A stretch of DNA of 64,000 bases from an uncultured bacterium (GTDB taxonomy: Bacteria; JAGOEH01), in contig CAZWDO010000010.1 of NCBI GenBank assembly GCA_964632485.1, positions 62,001 to 126,000 of the forward strand, in the 5' to 3' direction. The position numbers and the translations under genes were made by a program. This document shows, in pieces, positions 1 through 9,673 of this stretch. The notes beneath the pieces were generated by a model. The model searched no databases. It was given only the letters and a program-made list of their open reading frames with translations, and was not told the DNA's origin. Numbering within the stretch: the first letter of the stretch is position 1; the number at the start of each line of letters is the position of its first letter.

Positions 1-1
1 G

Positions 2-889
2 ATGATCGGAAAGTTCGGTTTCATGTTTGATATACGCATTTAAAAAATAGATATTCCATAGAGTTCCATGATCCTGGTAGGGTGTTCCCACTGAAGGGTA
101 TTGGGTGGAAACAGAAGATTGTTTGTTTTGGAAGTTAAGGCCCGCAAGAATTGAGTGGGCGCGTATTTTAAAATCCAGGGCATAGTCATCTTCAAATAGC
201 TCCATGTCGTCGGTCCAGTTGGAGTCGCAGGCATTGCCTCGCAGTTCCGCTTTATGACTGGTTTTAAACATCGTTGAAATCCGCAATAAAAGATTGTTAT
301 CGATCGAAGTGTAGGCATAATTTGCATTCGCATAGTAGGTGTTAAAACTTCCGGCAAGAATTTCGGCGCTCCTCTCAGGATTGGTTTTGGTGATGATGTT
401 GATCACTCCCGAGATTGCGTTCGTCCCGTAAATTACGGATAGCGGGCCATAGACGACTTCAATGCGCTCGACATTGGCCAGATTAAATTGTCCGCCGGCA
501 TAAAAACCGCCAGAATTTAGCTCATTGATCTGAATTCCATCAACTAATAGAAGTGTTAGATTATTTTGATTTGGAATGCCGCGCTGAAAAACATAACTGT
601 TATACCCTTGGGGATTACGAAATGAAAACCCGGGCAAATCGGCAAGCGCTTCTTCCAGGGTAAAATAACCGTTCGTTTTAATGTCGGCGGCCGTGATAAT
701 ATGAATTGTCGCCGGGGTCTCCTTGATAATCCGCGGAACTTTCTCGACGAGGCTAACTTCCACCCTGGAGAGTTCGAATAAATTATAGCTATAGGGATCA
801 TTTGGATCGCTATGAATTTGATGTGGTATAGCGGCCAGCATCAACCATAATCCACAATCTACGGCCAATCTTCTCGACACTTTTTTCAT
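2..889 (-). CDS. TonB-dependent receptor, N-terminal part (plug domain); runs off the left window edge
   Basis: Missing from the ORF track because it has no stop in the window. Manual translation from ATG 889: MKKVSRRLAVDCGLWLMLAAIPHQIHS...ETPATIHIITAADIKTNGYFTLEEALADLPGFSF...LLLVDGIQINE...NVERIEVVYGPLSVIYGTNAISGVINIITK, with a canonical plug motif; frame stays open to the edge. Confidence 0.9.
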   Translation of the reverse strand, partial: MKKVSRRLAVDCGLWLMLAAIPHQIHSDPNDPYSYNLFELSRVEVSLVEKVPRIIKETPATIHIITAADIKTNGYFTLEEALADLPGFSFRNPQGYNSYVFQRGIPNQNNLTLLLVDGIQINELNSGGFYAGGQFNLANVERIEVVYGPLSVIYGTNAISGVINIITKTNPERSAEILAGSFNTYYANANYAYTSIDNNLLLRISTMFKTSHKAELRGNACDSNWTDDMELFEDDYALDFKIRAHSILAGLNFQNKQSSVSTQYPSVGTPYQDHGTLWNIYFLNAYIKHETELSDH

Positions 890-1093
890 GGGATTAACTC
901 AATATTTTTAGATTGTGGGAAAAAGATGGTTTTAACGGGGGGCTGGGAGCCCTTGAACTTTACCGGTGTTTGTTGTTTCATGCCATGTTGTTGATGATAA
1001 GGTTAAATGAAAGATTTTGGCGCTCTCCTATTCATAATTAATTTAATTATGATTGATAACTAAGTCAAGTTAAAAAAAAATCAAAAAAAATAC

Positions 1094-1122
1094 TTGACAC
1101 ACCGGATTTTATTATTTATATT
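1094..1122 (+). promoter_or_regulatory. sigma70-type promoter of the TBDT operon
   Basis: TTGACA (1094-1099), 17 bp, TATATT (1117-1122), preceded by an A-tract. Confidence 0.75.
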
Positions 1123-1142
1123 GCTGTTAATGGAATATGCAA

Positions 1143-1198
1143 TGTTTGAATAAACTAAAATATGATATTTTTAAAGAGTTTTTTAGTTTATTCAAACA
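1143..1198. promoter_or_regulatory. perfect 18-bp inverted repeat, candidate ROK repressor operator
   Basis: TGTTTGAATAAACTAAAA (1143-1160) and its exact reverse complement TTTTAGTTTATTCAAACA (1181-1198), 20-bp spacer, between the promoter and the RBS AGGAGG. Confidence 0.65.
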
Positions 1199-1230
1199 AT
1201 GAAGAAACTTAACACTAACAAGGAGGCCGA

Positions 1231-4200
1231 ATGATTGCCTGGCGCCGTCTGTTTTTTTTAGGGTGGTTGACCTGGTTTTGCTGTTTCATTCCAGGAACCC
1301 TCTGGTCAGCGAATGGCAAACTCGTGGGACGGATCACAGACCGTGAATCGCGTGAAGCCCTCGTCGGGGCCAGCGTCATAATTGTCGAACAATGGCTCGG
1401 CGATAAATCTTTTCCGCTCCAAACCCTTCAGGGAGCCGCCAGTGACGGCGATGGATACTTCGTTCTGACGAATGTGCCCCCCGGTACCTATAATATCCGC
1501 GCCCAGATGATGGGATACCAAACCCTGGTAAAACAACAGGTGCGCGTAAATTTGGATCGCACCATCACGGTGGATTTTCCATTAGTCCTCAGCGCGATAG
1601 AAGTGGCTGAACAAGTTGTGGTCGCGGAAAAAGAGGTGATTAAAGCCGATATCTCAGGTACTCAGGAAATCATTGTGACTGATCGGATCGATCAAACTCC
1701 GACGACTCGCATGGATGAGTTTATCAATAAAGTAAAAGGTGTTGAATTGAAATCCACGACTGACGGAAATGGTTTAAGTATTCGGGGGGGGCAGATCCGC
1801 GAGACCGATATCCGTCTTGATGGCGTTTCGATGCGTGATCCGCGATCCGATAACTCCTACCTTTCGCTCAATTCCACAACGATTGAGGAAATCCAGGTAC
1901 TTACCGGCGGTTTTGAGGCTAAATATGGCGATATGCGTTCAGGTCTGGTCAATGTCGTTACCCGGGAGGGCTCACGGGAAAAACTGGATATCAATTTCAA
2001 AGTCGATATGACGCCCAGTGGGCAGCAAAAATATTTCGGTAGCGATCCCTGGGGGTCCGGTTCGCTGATTAACCGTGTGTTCGCCGATACCTCACGGGGC
2101 GACAGCTCCTGGTGCTGGCTGGGTACGGTAGGTGATACTTCTGTTCCTGCCGATCTGCGCTATTTCAAAGGCTGGAATAAATCCACCGAAGGCAAAAACG
2201 GTTATGATGCGATCGGCTTAAGCCGTACGACCAAGCTGACGCCGGATCAGAAACGAGATTTATGGTTATTCCAGCATCCTCAATATAATTATAACGACGA
2301 CCGCGATATTTTCTATGAAGGCTCGATTAGCGGTGGGTTGCCCGGCGGCTCGATTCCTTTACTGGGAGGGTTTCTTAAAAACACAACCTTTATTTTAGGC
2401 GCTAAATTTGAAAACACTCAATATGTCTTCCCGTTGGGACCTCGCGATTCTTATCAGGACTGGAATCTGTCTTTAAAGCTGACGACCCGTTTTGGCAATA
2501 AAAAAGTGTCTATTAACGGCATGAGCGCTAAAATCAGTTCCATTACCACCGGGCGGCCTTCCACCTTTGGCGGCGCTTTGCTTGATAATTCAGGCCGTTT
2601 CGGTTTTATGAACAATTCCGAAGCTTCCGTTATTACTCAAGCCGGTTTGCTGGGCGGGAACGATGGACTCAAACAGATGTTCAATAAAAGCCGTCTGCAA
2701 TTCTATGATCTTCGCTATCATATCGGCGGGATTAAATTTACCCATACTCTTTCCAATCGGACATTCTATACCGTTGAAGCGCAATTTAACTATACTGATC
2801 ACAACCTGTCCCCCTTTAGTCTCGACAGCACCCGCGAAGATGCCTGGGTGACGATCGAAACTCCTTCCGTAACGGCATCCGGGCAAGATACGGTACTGAG
2901 TATCCGTGTGTTGGATGTTCCCTCGGGAGGTTCTCCCAATGCTTCCACTAACTGGGTGACCGATATTACCGATTTTTTTTGGGTCTATGGCGGTTTGCAG
3001 TCCGAGGATTCTTCTTATTCCTGGGCGGCTCATGTCAAAGCCGATTATACTACTCAGTGGGGCAAACACCATCAAATCGAGAGCGGTCTCGCCCTGCGCT
3101 ACACTTATCTGAGTGTGAATGCCGGAACCTGGCTGCAATCCAAAAAAAGCTGGACGCCCGATACCTGGAATTATTACCAGGAGCATCCCATTGATATGGC
3201 GTATTATCTCCAGGATAAACTGGAGTTTGAAGGCATGGTTGCCAATATAGGATTGCGCGCCGATTACTTCAATCCCATGAAGAAAAGCTTCTCTGTGTCC
3301 CATCCCTTGGATTTAGATTACGCCGGATTCTATAATAATGTCTATACCTATTTGCCGGGTGATTTTGGTTCATGGGAACGGTGGGAAAAATTCCGCGAAT
3401 TGCTGGAAGAACCTACCGGATGGCCGACCCACGGTGATAATAGTCAACTGAAACTTTCCCCGCGTCTCGGAGTCTCTTTTCCGATCACTGTCGCCAGTAA
3501 ACTCTATTTTAACTATGGACATTTCTACCAGAAACCCAATGTCTCCTTCCTTTACAATCTTTCTATTTTCCCCGGCGGAGTGATCGCGCCGACGCCGGAA
3601 CTGCCCATGGCTCGGACCGTTGCCTATGAATTCGGCTATGAACAGCGATTGCTTTCTCAATTTTTAGTGAACCTGACCATGTATTATAAAGACATAAAGG
3701 ATGAACCGCTGGGACGGACTTTTGTCGATTACAATGAAGAAATTTATGTAACCAAATATTTCCCCGATGCCTATCGGGATATCCGTGGAATTGAGTGCCG
3801 ATTTGAAAAAAACCTGGGTACATATTTTACTTTCTGGAGCAGTTATGAATATATGCTGGTCAGTTATGGCGAAACGGGATTGAGCACTGTTTATGAAAAC
3901 CGTCTTAAAGCCGCGGAAGAAGCCCGTAGCGCCAACCTCTATACGTCTGACCTTCATCCTTCCGCCCAGGGCAATATCAATTTTCATGTTCCCGAACGTT
4001 GGGGGCCTGCCTTTGGGTCCTGGCATTTTTTGGGTGGCTGGAACTCAAATTTCTTCGTTGAATGGCGCGATGGCGGACATCAGATTATCAATCCCGATCA
4101 ACCCGTGGACCAGCAAAAGAAAATTGATGTTGTGGATTATTCCAATGTTGATTTCCGATTATCGAAACTATTTAAAACACCATGGGCCAGTGTTGAATTC

Positions 4201-4434
4201 GTTCTTACTATCAAGAATCTATTGAACCAAAAACGTCTGAGTTACTGGAATATGACGACTACTCAGTATGATCGTTACAAACAATCGCTTCATTTGCCTT
4301 ATGAAGAGGGTGAAGAACAAGGCAGTGATAAATTAGGCGAGTGGGATAAGGACCATATCGATACCGGCTGGTTCACCGCGCCTTTATTTCTTAACCCGCG
4401 GCAATTTTATTTCGGCCTGCGATTTTCATTATAA
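1231..4434 (+). CDS. TonB-dependent transporter with N-terminal carboxypeptidase-regulatory-like domain
   Basis: Signal peptide; GKLVGRITD...LVGASV...DGYFVLTNVPPGTY domain; plug IEEIQVLTGGFEAKYG..SGLVNVVTREG; barrel motifs LSPRLGVSFPI and YFNYGHFYQ; C-terminal PRQFYFGLRFSL. Confidence 0.93.
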   Translation: MIAWRRLFFLGWLTWFCCFIPGTLWSANGKLVGRITDRESREALVGASVIIVEQWLGDKSFPLQTLQGAASDGDGYFVLTNVPPGTYNIRAQMMGYQTLVKQQVRVNLDRTITVDFPLVLSAIEVAEQVVVAEKEVIKADISGTQEIIVTDRIDQTPTTRMDEFINKVKGVELKSTTDGNGLSIRGGQIRETDIRLDGVSMRDPRSDNSYLSLNSTTIEEIQVLTGGFEAKYGDMRSGLVNVVTREGSREKLDINFKVDMTPSGQQKYFGSDPWGSGSLINRVFADTSRGDSSWCWLGTVGDTSVPADLRYFKGWNKSTEGKNGYDAIGLSRTTKLTPDQKRDLWLFQHPQYNYNDDRDIFYEGSISGGLPGGSIPLLGGFLKNTTFILGAKFENTQYVFPLGPRDSYQDWNLSLKLTTRFGNKKVSINGMSAKISSITTGRPSTFGGALLDNSGRFGFMNNSEASVITQAGLLGGNDGLKQMFNKSRLQFYDLRYHIGGIKFTHTLSNRTFYTVEAQFNYTDHNLSPFSLDSTREDAWVTIETPSVTASGQDTVLSIRVLDVPSGGSPNASTNWVTDITDFFWVYGGLQSEDSSYSWAAHVKADYTTQWGKHHQIESGLALRYTYLSVNAGTWLQSKKSWTPDTWNYYQEHPIDMAYYLQDKLEFEGMVANIGLRADYFNPMKKSFSVSHPLDLDYAGFYNNVYTYLPGDFGSWERWEKFRELLEEPTGWPTHGDNSQLKLSPRLGVSFPITVASKLYFNYGHFYQKPNVSFLYNLSIFPGGVIAPTPELPMARTVAYEFGYEQRLLSQFLVNLTMYYKDIKDEPLGRTFVDYNEEIYVTKYFPDAYRDIRGIECRFEKNLGTYFTFWSSYEYMLVSYGETGLSTVYENRLKAAEEARSANLYTSDLHPSAQGNINFHVPERWGPAFGSWHFLGGWNSNFFVEWRDGGHQIINPDQPVDQQKKIDVVDYSNVDFRLSKLFKTPWASVEFVLTIKNLLNQKRLSYWNMTTTQYDRYKQSLHLPYEEGEEQGSDKLGEWDKDHIDTGWFTAPLFLNPRQFYFGLRFSL

Positions 4435-4450
4435 CCCGGAGGCAGCCTAC

Positions 4451-6568
4451 ATGAAAAATATTTTATACTTGCTGTTAATTATCGGCGCGCTTAATGGCGC
4501 GGTTCGCGCCCAGAAAGATTATAACGGGCCACCCATGTTTCTCAATGTGAATGCCATCGGCTGGGATTTGAAAAAACTGAACGGCGAGGGTCAGTTCACC
4601 AATCAATATAGCTGGATGCTTACCGGCAACGATAAAGAGAATACCGAAGTTTTTTATTGGCCGCGCGATCAGTGGCATTCGCAGATGCTATACCAGGTTT
4701 TTAATCCGATTTGTTTTGACGATAGCGGGTTCACCAATCAGAATGGCGAACATAAAGTGATTCCGTATAAATGCGTGAATGGGGGAGTGAATGATTTTTC
4801 CTGGGAAATCCGTCGCTATCGTCCACCTTATGTGACTGTGGATGATATTCCATTGTACCAGGAATACCGGTGGGAAACCGATCCGAATCTCTCCAGCGAC
4901 ATCGTCTGTATCTGGGAGGACGTACTGCCAAATTACGGTATGCGCGTCCAGGGGAAAATTTTTGCGTTTAGTAACCCCGATCATGGTGATTATGCGATCT
5001 ATCAATTGACTTACAAGTTTACCGGCGAAACGAAACGACCGTTGCAGGATCCCGCAGAGGATGATTACTTTCCTGATCAAACCGTGCGTTTATGGTCGCC
5101 TCTGTCGTTTAGTCTTGGACCGAGCAAAGGCGGTGAATATGGCGCTCATGGTTTTTTTGCCTATGAAGCGGAGGATGATCTGGACAGTTGGTTTGAAAAA
5201 TCGTCGCAATTGGTGACAAACCAGGCTAGGAGCGATTTAAAAGTGGCTTACTATTTCGATTACAAAATGGCCGGGATTGCGGCCTATCCCAATGGCAGCA
5301 ATGATGATCTCGGTGATCCTATACGGGACGTCAATACCGGCTATCTGCTTTCGACCCAAATTCCCGGATTTGCTTTGCTTTATTCACCGACGGGAACCAA
5401 CCAGCAACAGGACGATCCCAATCAGCCCTATTCCATACCTCATGCGGGGATTGTCAATGATCTCTGGGGCCGCGCCGATCAGGGGATACGCGACACTTAT
5501 ATCGGCCATGATGATCGCGGCAAGTTTCCTAAAGATTGGATCACCGAGGGACGCGCCACCAAGGCCGAAAAAGGGCCAATGCGATTTATTACGGTCGGAC
5601 CCTATACATTGACTAAAAATACCGGCGCGGCGCCCTTTGACCCCGCCCATCCCTATGATTCATTTACCGTGGTCTATGCCATCGGTTCCGGTTCCATTTC
5701 GCGCGATATGGCCCGGCAGACTGGGAATGCCTGGATCAATGGCCAACTCTCTGATGCCCAGAAGGATTCTATTGTACTGACCGGTACCGATTCACTTTTT
5801 AAAACCATAGATCGCGCCTACTGGGCCTGGAATCAGGGGCTTGATATCGATGATCCCCCGCCGCCGCCCGATTTGGAAGTGCGTAGCGATGCTGACCGCA
5901 ACATTGTTCGTTGGTCTTATCCCGATAATTCCTATTTTAACGATCCTGACACCCATATCGATGATTTTTACGCCTGGCGTATCTACCGCAAAAAAGGCGC
6001 TGCATACGTACTAGATATGTGGGCCAAAGACCTTGATGAAGAGTGGCAAATGATTTACGAAACGACGGATCGCAACCAACTGGAATACGTAGATGCCGAT
6101 GTCGTGCGCGGCCAAAGTTACTATTATGCAGTAACTGCGGTTGACGACGGCCAGCATAATAAAAGCGGTTTGTTCCCTGGCAAACGTCTGGAAAGCTCCC
6201 GATATGCCAATATGAGTGGTATGCCGGTAATTCCATTTCAAGCTGGCCTGGATGTGTCCGATCAAATGCTGGTCGTTCCCAATCCGAAAACGATTCGCTC
6301 CCGGGGAGAATTCGCTTTCACCGGCGACCCTAACCGGATTTTGTTCGTGAAATTACCCTATCAATGCGAACTGCGGGTATTTACCGAGACCGGGGATTTA
6401 ATTACTACGATCCATCATCAGGGCACTGATCAGGAAGTTTGGGACTTAAAAACCAACAACAACCAGTATATCATGAGTGGATGCTATATTTTAGCGGCCA
6501 CTGAATGCCGGACCGTTGAAAGTCGATCCTTGCCAGATCAATTTGTCAAGTTCGTCGTGGTTCGTTAA
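4451..6568 (+). CDS. secreted protein with FN3-like domain and C-terminal T9SS/FlgD-Ig-like sorting domain
   Basis: Signal peptide (AVRA/Q); PPPPPDL...YVDADV..GQSYYYAVTAVD FN3-like segment; C-terminus VVPNP...LRVFTETGDLI...WDLKTNNNQYIMSGCYI...KFVVVR. Confidence 0.75.
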   Translation: MKNILYLLLIIGALNGAVRAQKDYNGPPMFLNVNAIGWDLKKLNGEGQFTNQYSWMLTGNDKENTEVFYWPRDQWHSQMLYQVFNPICFDDSGFTNQNGEHKVIPYKCVNGGVNDFSWEIRRYRPPYVTVDDIPLYQEYRWETDPNLSSDIVCIWEDVLPNYGMRVQGKIFAFSNPDHGDYAIYQLTYKFTGETKRPLQDPAEDDYFPDQTVRLWSPLSFSLGPSKGGEYGAHGFFAYEAEDDLDSWFEKSSQLVTNQARSDLKVAYYFDYKMAGIAAYPNGSNDDLGDPIRDVNTGYLLSTQIPGFALLYSPTGTNQQQDDPNQPYSIPHAGIVNDLWGRADQGIRDTYIGHDDRGKFPKDWITEGRATKAEKGPMRFITVGPYTLTKNTGAAPFDPAHPYDSFTVVYAIGSGSISRDMARQTGNAWINGQLSDAQKDSIVLTGTDSLFKTIDRAYWAWNQGLDIDDPPPPPDLEVRSDADRNIVRWSYPDNSYFNDPDTHIDDFYAWRIYRKKGAAYVLDMWAKDLDEEWQMIYETTDRNQLEYVDADVVRGQSYYYAVTAVDDGQHNKSGLFPGKRLESSRYANMSGMPVIPFQAGLDVSDQMLVVPNPKTIRSRGEFAFTGDPNRILFVKLPYQCELRVFTETGDLITTIHHQGTDQEVWDLKTNNNQYIMSGCYILAATECRTVESRSLPDQFVKFVVVR

Positions 6569-6587
6569 CCCGGGAAGGAGTCTCCCT

Positions 6588-7577
6588 ATGAAAAAATTTA
6601 TCCTCTTGATTATATTTATTGGTTTTATCAATCCGGCCCGGGCGGATATCATTAAAAAAGGGCAGACCGGATTCCGTTTTCTGGAACATCCGGTGGGCGC
6701 CGACGTCATGGGACGCGGAACTGTGGGTTTAGCCCTGACGCGCAATGCCAATGCGGCTTTCATCAATCCGGCGGGCCTGGCTTGGATGACCCAGAGAAAC
6801 GATTTCGCCTTTAATTATACAAAAGGCATTGCCGAGATCAATCATAGTTCTGCGGCACTGGCTTTTAATCTGCAATCGTTTGGAGTGTTTGCGCTGGATG
6901 CGTTGTTTATGGATTATGGGGACTTAGTGGAAACGCGGGTCGCTGCCAATGAAAACGGCTATGAAACCCTGGGAACCTTTTCACCCCAAAATTATGCTTG
7001 GGGGCTTTCCTATGCCAAACAGGTCAGCGACCGCTTCTCTTTTGGGGTCAGGGTCAAATTGGCTCACGAAAATGTCGTTGATTCGAATGGTGTTGCCATC
7101 GACGGTGAATATGTCGCAAAAGAGTATAATCTCACTGAAGCGGCGGTCGATGTCGGTGTCGTGTATGATTTTCTCTATCGGTCTATCCGTTTTGCCGCAG
7201 TTATGCAGAATTTTTCACGTGAAACCCGCTATCAGGACCATAAATTCCCTCTGCCTTTCGCCGTGAGTTTCTCACTGACGATTGATCCTCTTTCGTTTTT
7301 CAAAACCGACTGGAATGGTCATGATCTGATTATGGCTTTTGAAACACGGCATCCGCGTGATTTTAAGGAACGTTATAAAATCGGCCTGGAATACACCTAT
7401 CATCGTCTACTGGTTTTGCGCAGCGGTTATATGGGGAATTATGACGAGCGTGGCATGACCATGGGCGCCGGACTGTTTTACCAGTTGCGCAATATTCGGT
7501 TCCGCTTTGATTACGGCTGGCAGTATCATGGTCTTTTCGATAATGTGCATGTAGTTTCCTTCGGCATTGGGTATTGA
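6588..7577 (+). CDS. PorV/PorQ-family (UPF0164-like) outer-membrane beta-barrel
   Basis: Start moved to ATG 6588 (RBS GGAAGGAG); signal peptide; FLEHPVGADVMGRG...AAFINPAGLA family signature; terminal aromatic residue (SFGIGY). Confidence 0.8.
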   Translation: MKKFILLIIFIGFINPARADIIKKGQTGFRFLEHPVGADVMGRGTVGLALTRNANAAFINPAGLAWMTQRNDFAFNYTKGIAEINHSSAALAFNLQSFGVFALDALFMDYGDLVETRVAANENGYETLGTFSPQNYAWGLSYAKQVSDRFSFGVRVKLAHENVVDSNGVAIDGEYVAKEYNLTEAAVDVGVVYDFLYRSIRFAAVMQNFSRETRYQDHKFPLPFAVSFSLTIDPLSFFKTDWNGHDLIMAFETRHPRDFKERYKIGLEYTYHRLLVLRSGYMGNYDERGMTMGAGLFYQLRNIRFRFDYGWQYHGLFDNVHVVSFGIGY

Positions 7578-7584
7578 GGACACT

Positions 7585-8544
7585 ATGATGCACGGCGGAG
7601 ATGCCCGATATTTGAAAAAAATCAACACGAATCGGTTATTGAACCAGATTCGGTTGCTGGATCCGGCGGATGCTCCTGCGTTGAGTGAGCTGACCGGATT
7701 TCAGCCATCAACGATTACGAATCTGCTACGTGAATTGAAACAGTGGAATTTGATCCGATTGCAGGGACGGGGTGCCTCCACACGGCTGGGGGGAAAACCT
7801 CCCCAGTTGTGGGAATTGAATCCCAATTATGGTTTCTTCCTGGGTTTATGGATTCTGCCCGGAACTCTCTGTCGTCTTGTTTTAACCAATTTTAAACGCG
7901 AAATCCTTTTTCAAGAAGAATATGTGTTGAAATCAACGGAACTGCCGGATAACGTTCAGGTGCGGGAATGGATCGAAGCTGTTTTAAATCGGCATAGTGT
8001 TGACGCTGAATCTCTTTTGGGATTGGGTATCGCTTTACCAACAGATATTTATCAAAAAAAAGCATATCTGTATGTCAAGGAATTAAATAATGGGTTTAGT
8101 TGTCCAATCCAGCTTACAACCCCCTCACGCGCCGGCGCCATGGCTTTGAAATGGTTTTACCGACCTGCTATGGATTGCGCAAATATTGCGTATTTTACAA
8201 TTGAGCCCGGGGGTACGGGAATCTGCCTGATGGGTTCCCAGATTATCAATCATCACCTTGTGGAAGGAGCGAGCGGTCTGGCTGGAATGCATGAAATTCC
8301 CCTGCTACGTCCAGGTACTGAACTGTTGAGTTTCGAGAAGGCTGTTTCGTCCTTGGCATGTTGGTTGGACCCCGGCTTTGTTGGCTGGTCCGATTTGACG
8401 GCTGAAAATCTTGAAGAGCAGCGCGCGGTGGAGATTGAAGTCAACCCGGCACGAACGATGATGGTGAAAATGAACCCGCTTAAGCAAAACACTATGCCAC
8501 TGGGCGCCATTGCTATGCATTACTGTAGATTTTTTATGGCGTGA
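7585..8544 (+). CDS. ROK-family transcriptional regulator (NagC/XylR-like)
   Basis: YLKKINTNRLLNQIR...LSELTGFQPSTITNLLREL HTH; GGKPPQLWELNP linker; divergent ROK domain (GLAGMHEI); RBS GAGGA. Confidence 0.85.
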   Translation: MMHGGDARYLKKINTNRLLNQIRLLDPADAPALSELTGFQPSTITNLLRELKQWNLIRLQGRGASTRLGGKPPQLWELNPNYGFFLGLWILPGTLCRLVLTNFKREILFQEEYVLKSTELPDNVQVREWIEAVLNRHSVDAESLLGLGIALPTDIYQKKAYLYVKELNNGFSCPIQLTTPSRAGAMALKWFYRPAMDCANIAYFTIEPGGTGICLMGSQIINHHLVEGASGLAGMHEIPLLRPGTELLSFEKAVSSLACWLDPGFVGWSDLTAENLEEQRAVEIEVNPARTMMVKMNPLKQNTMPLGAIAMHYCRFFMA

Positions 8545-8574
8545 GCGGGGCGTTTTTCAGCATCGTCAGTATAT

Positions 8575-8677
8575 AGATTGTTAACTGCCGTCTCGTTGAA
8601 ACTTTACGAGGGCACGGCGCACTCTGTCCGATCTTTTGGCTATGGGCGAAGATTGTTACCTGCCGGCCCGCTGAAAC
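8575..8677 (+). repeat. 28-bp imperfect direct repeat pair
   Basis: AGATTGTTAACTGCCGTCTCGTTGAAAC (8575-8602) vs AGATTGTTACCTGCCGGCCCGCTGAAAC (8650-8677), 24/28 identical. Confidence 0.6.
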
Positions 8678-8700
8678 CGGCTTATTGAAAGGAGAATAGA

Positions 8701-9648
8701 ATGGCTGTGATTGCGATGGATTTAGGCGCCACGAAATTGGCGATCGCGATTTTTGGTGAAAACGGTTCTATCGAGCATAAAGAAATTTTTCTGCTTTTTC
8801 GCCGTCAGGGCAAGGAAGTGGGAGAACTGGTCGGCCAATCTTTGAATAAATTATTGGAAGTGGCCGATGAGCGGGAACTCAATATCGAGGGTATCGGTGT
8901 ATGTGTTCCCGGAATCTGGTATCGTAAAAAAGGTGTGGTTTGGGCGCCCAATATTCCGGGATGGGAAAACTATCCGCTTTTGGAAGAGATGCAGTTGGCG
9001 CTGGGTAAACGGTCGATACCGATTCAAATCGATAGCGATCGGTCGTGCTACATTTTGGGAGAAACGTGGCTGGGTGCTGCCAAAGGTTCAGAAAATGCCA
9101 TCTTTCTGGCGGTCGGCACGGGGATCGGCGCTGGCATTATGGTCGATGGCCATATCGTTCGCGGCTCATCGGATATCGGCGGAGCTATCGGTTGGCTTGC
9201 CCTGGAGCGTCCCTTTAAAGATATCTGGAAATCGTGCGGCTGTTTTGAATATCAGGCATCCGGTGAAGGAATCGCCCGCATGGCCCGCTATTATGTGTCG
9301 GAAACTCTCGACTACCAAGGGGAGTTAAGTACTAAATCGTTGGATCAGATTCATACACGCGATGTTTTCGAAGCCTGGAAAAATAGTGATTTGATCGCTG
9401 AACGGGTAATTCGCAATTGTATTGAACTTTGGGGCATGACTGTGGCAAACCTGGTGAGCTTATTCAACCCCGAAAAAATCATTTTTGGAGGAGGGGTTTT
9501 TGGCCCCGCTGCCCAATTCCTGCCCGATATCTATGAATATGCGGCTCTTTGGGCCCAACCGATAAGTATTCGCGAAGTTAAGCTGGAAGTTTCTCTACTG
9601 GGTGGCGATGCCGGTTTGATTGGCGCCGGTCGGTTAGCCAGAAACTAA
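8701..9648 (+). CDS. ROK-family sugar kinase
   Basis: DLGATK ATP motif, VGTGIGAGI, SCGCFEYQASG, GGGV, GLIGA; no HTH. Confidence 0.92.
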   Translation: MAVIAMDLGATKLAIAIFGENGSIEHKEIFLLFRRQGKEVGELVGQSLNKLLEVADERELNIEGIGVCVPGIWYRKKGVVWAPNIPGWENYPLLEEMQLALGKRSIPIQIDSDRSCYILGETWLGAAKGSENAIFLAVGTGIGAGIMVDGHIVRGSSDIGGAIGWLALERPFKDIWKSCGCFEYQASGEGIARMARYYVSETLDYQGELSTKSLDQIHTRDVFEAWKNSDLIAERVIRNCIELWGMTVANLVSLFNPEKIIFGGGVFGPAAQFLPDIYEYAALWAQPISIREVKLEVSLLGGDAGLIGAGRLARN

Positions 9649-9673
9649 TTTTTATCGATTGATTGGAGCTATA

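Noticed and set aside
8575-8691. Possible mini CRISPR array (repeats ending TGAAAC, nearby ATTGAAAG)
   Set aside because: Only two copies with four mismatches, a 47-bp gap, no third full repeat and no cas genes
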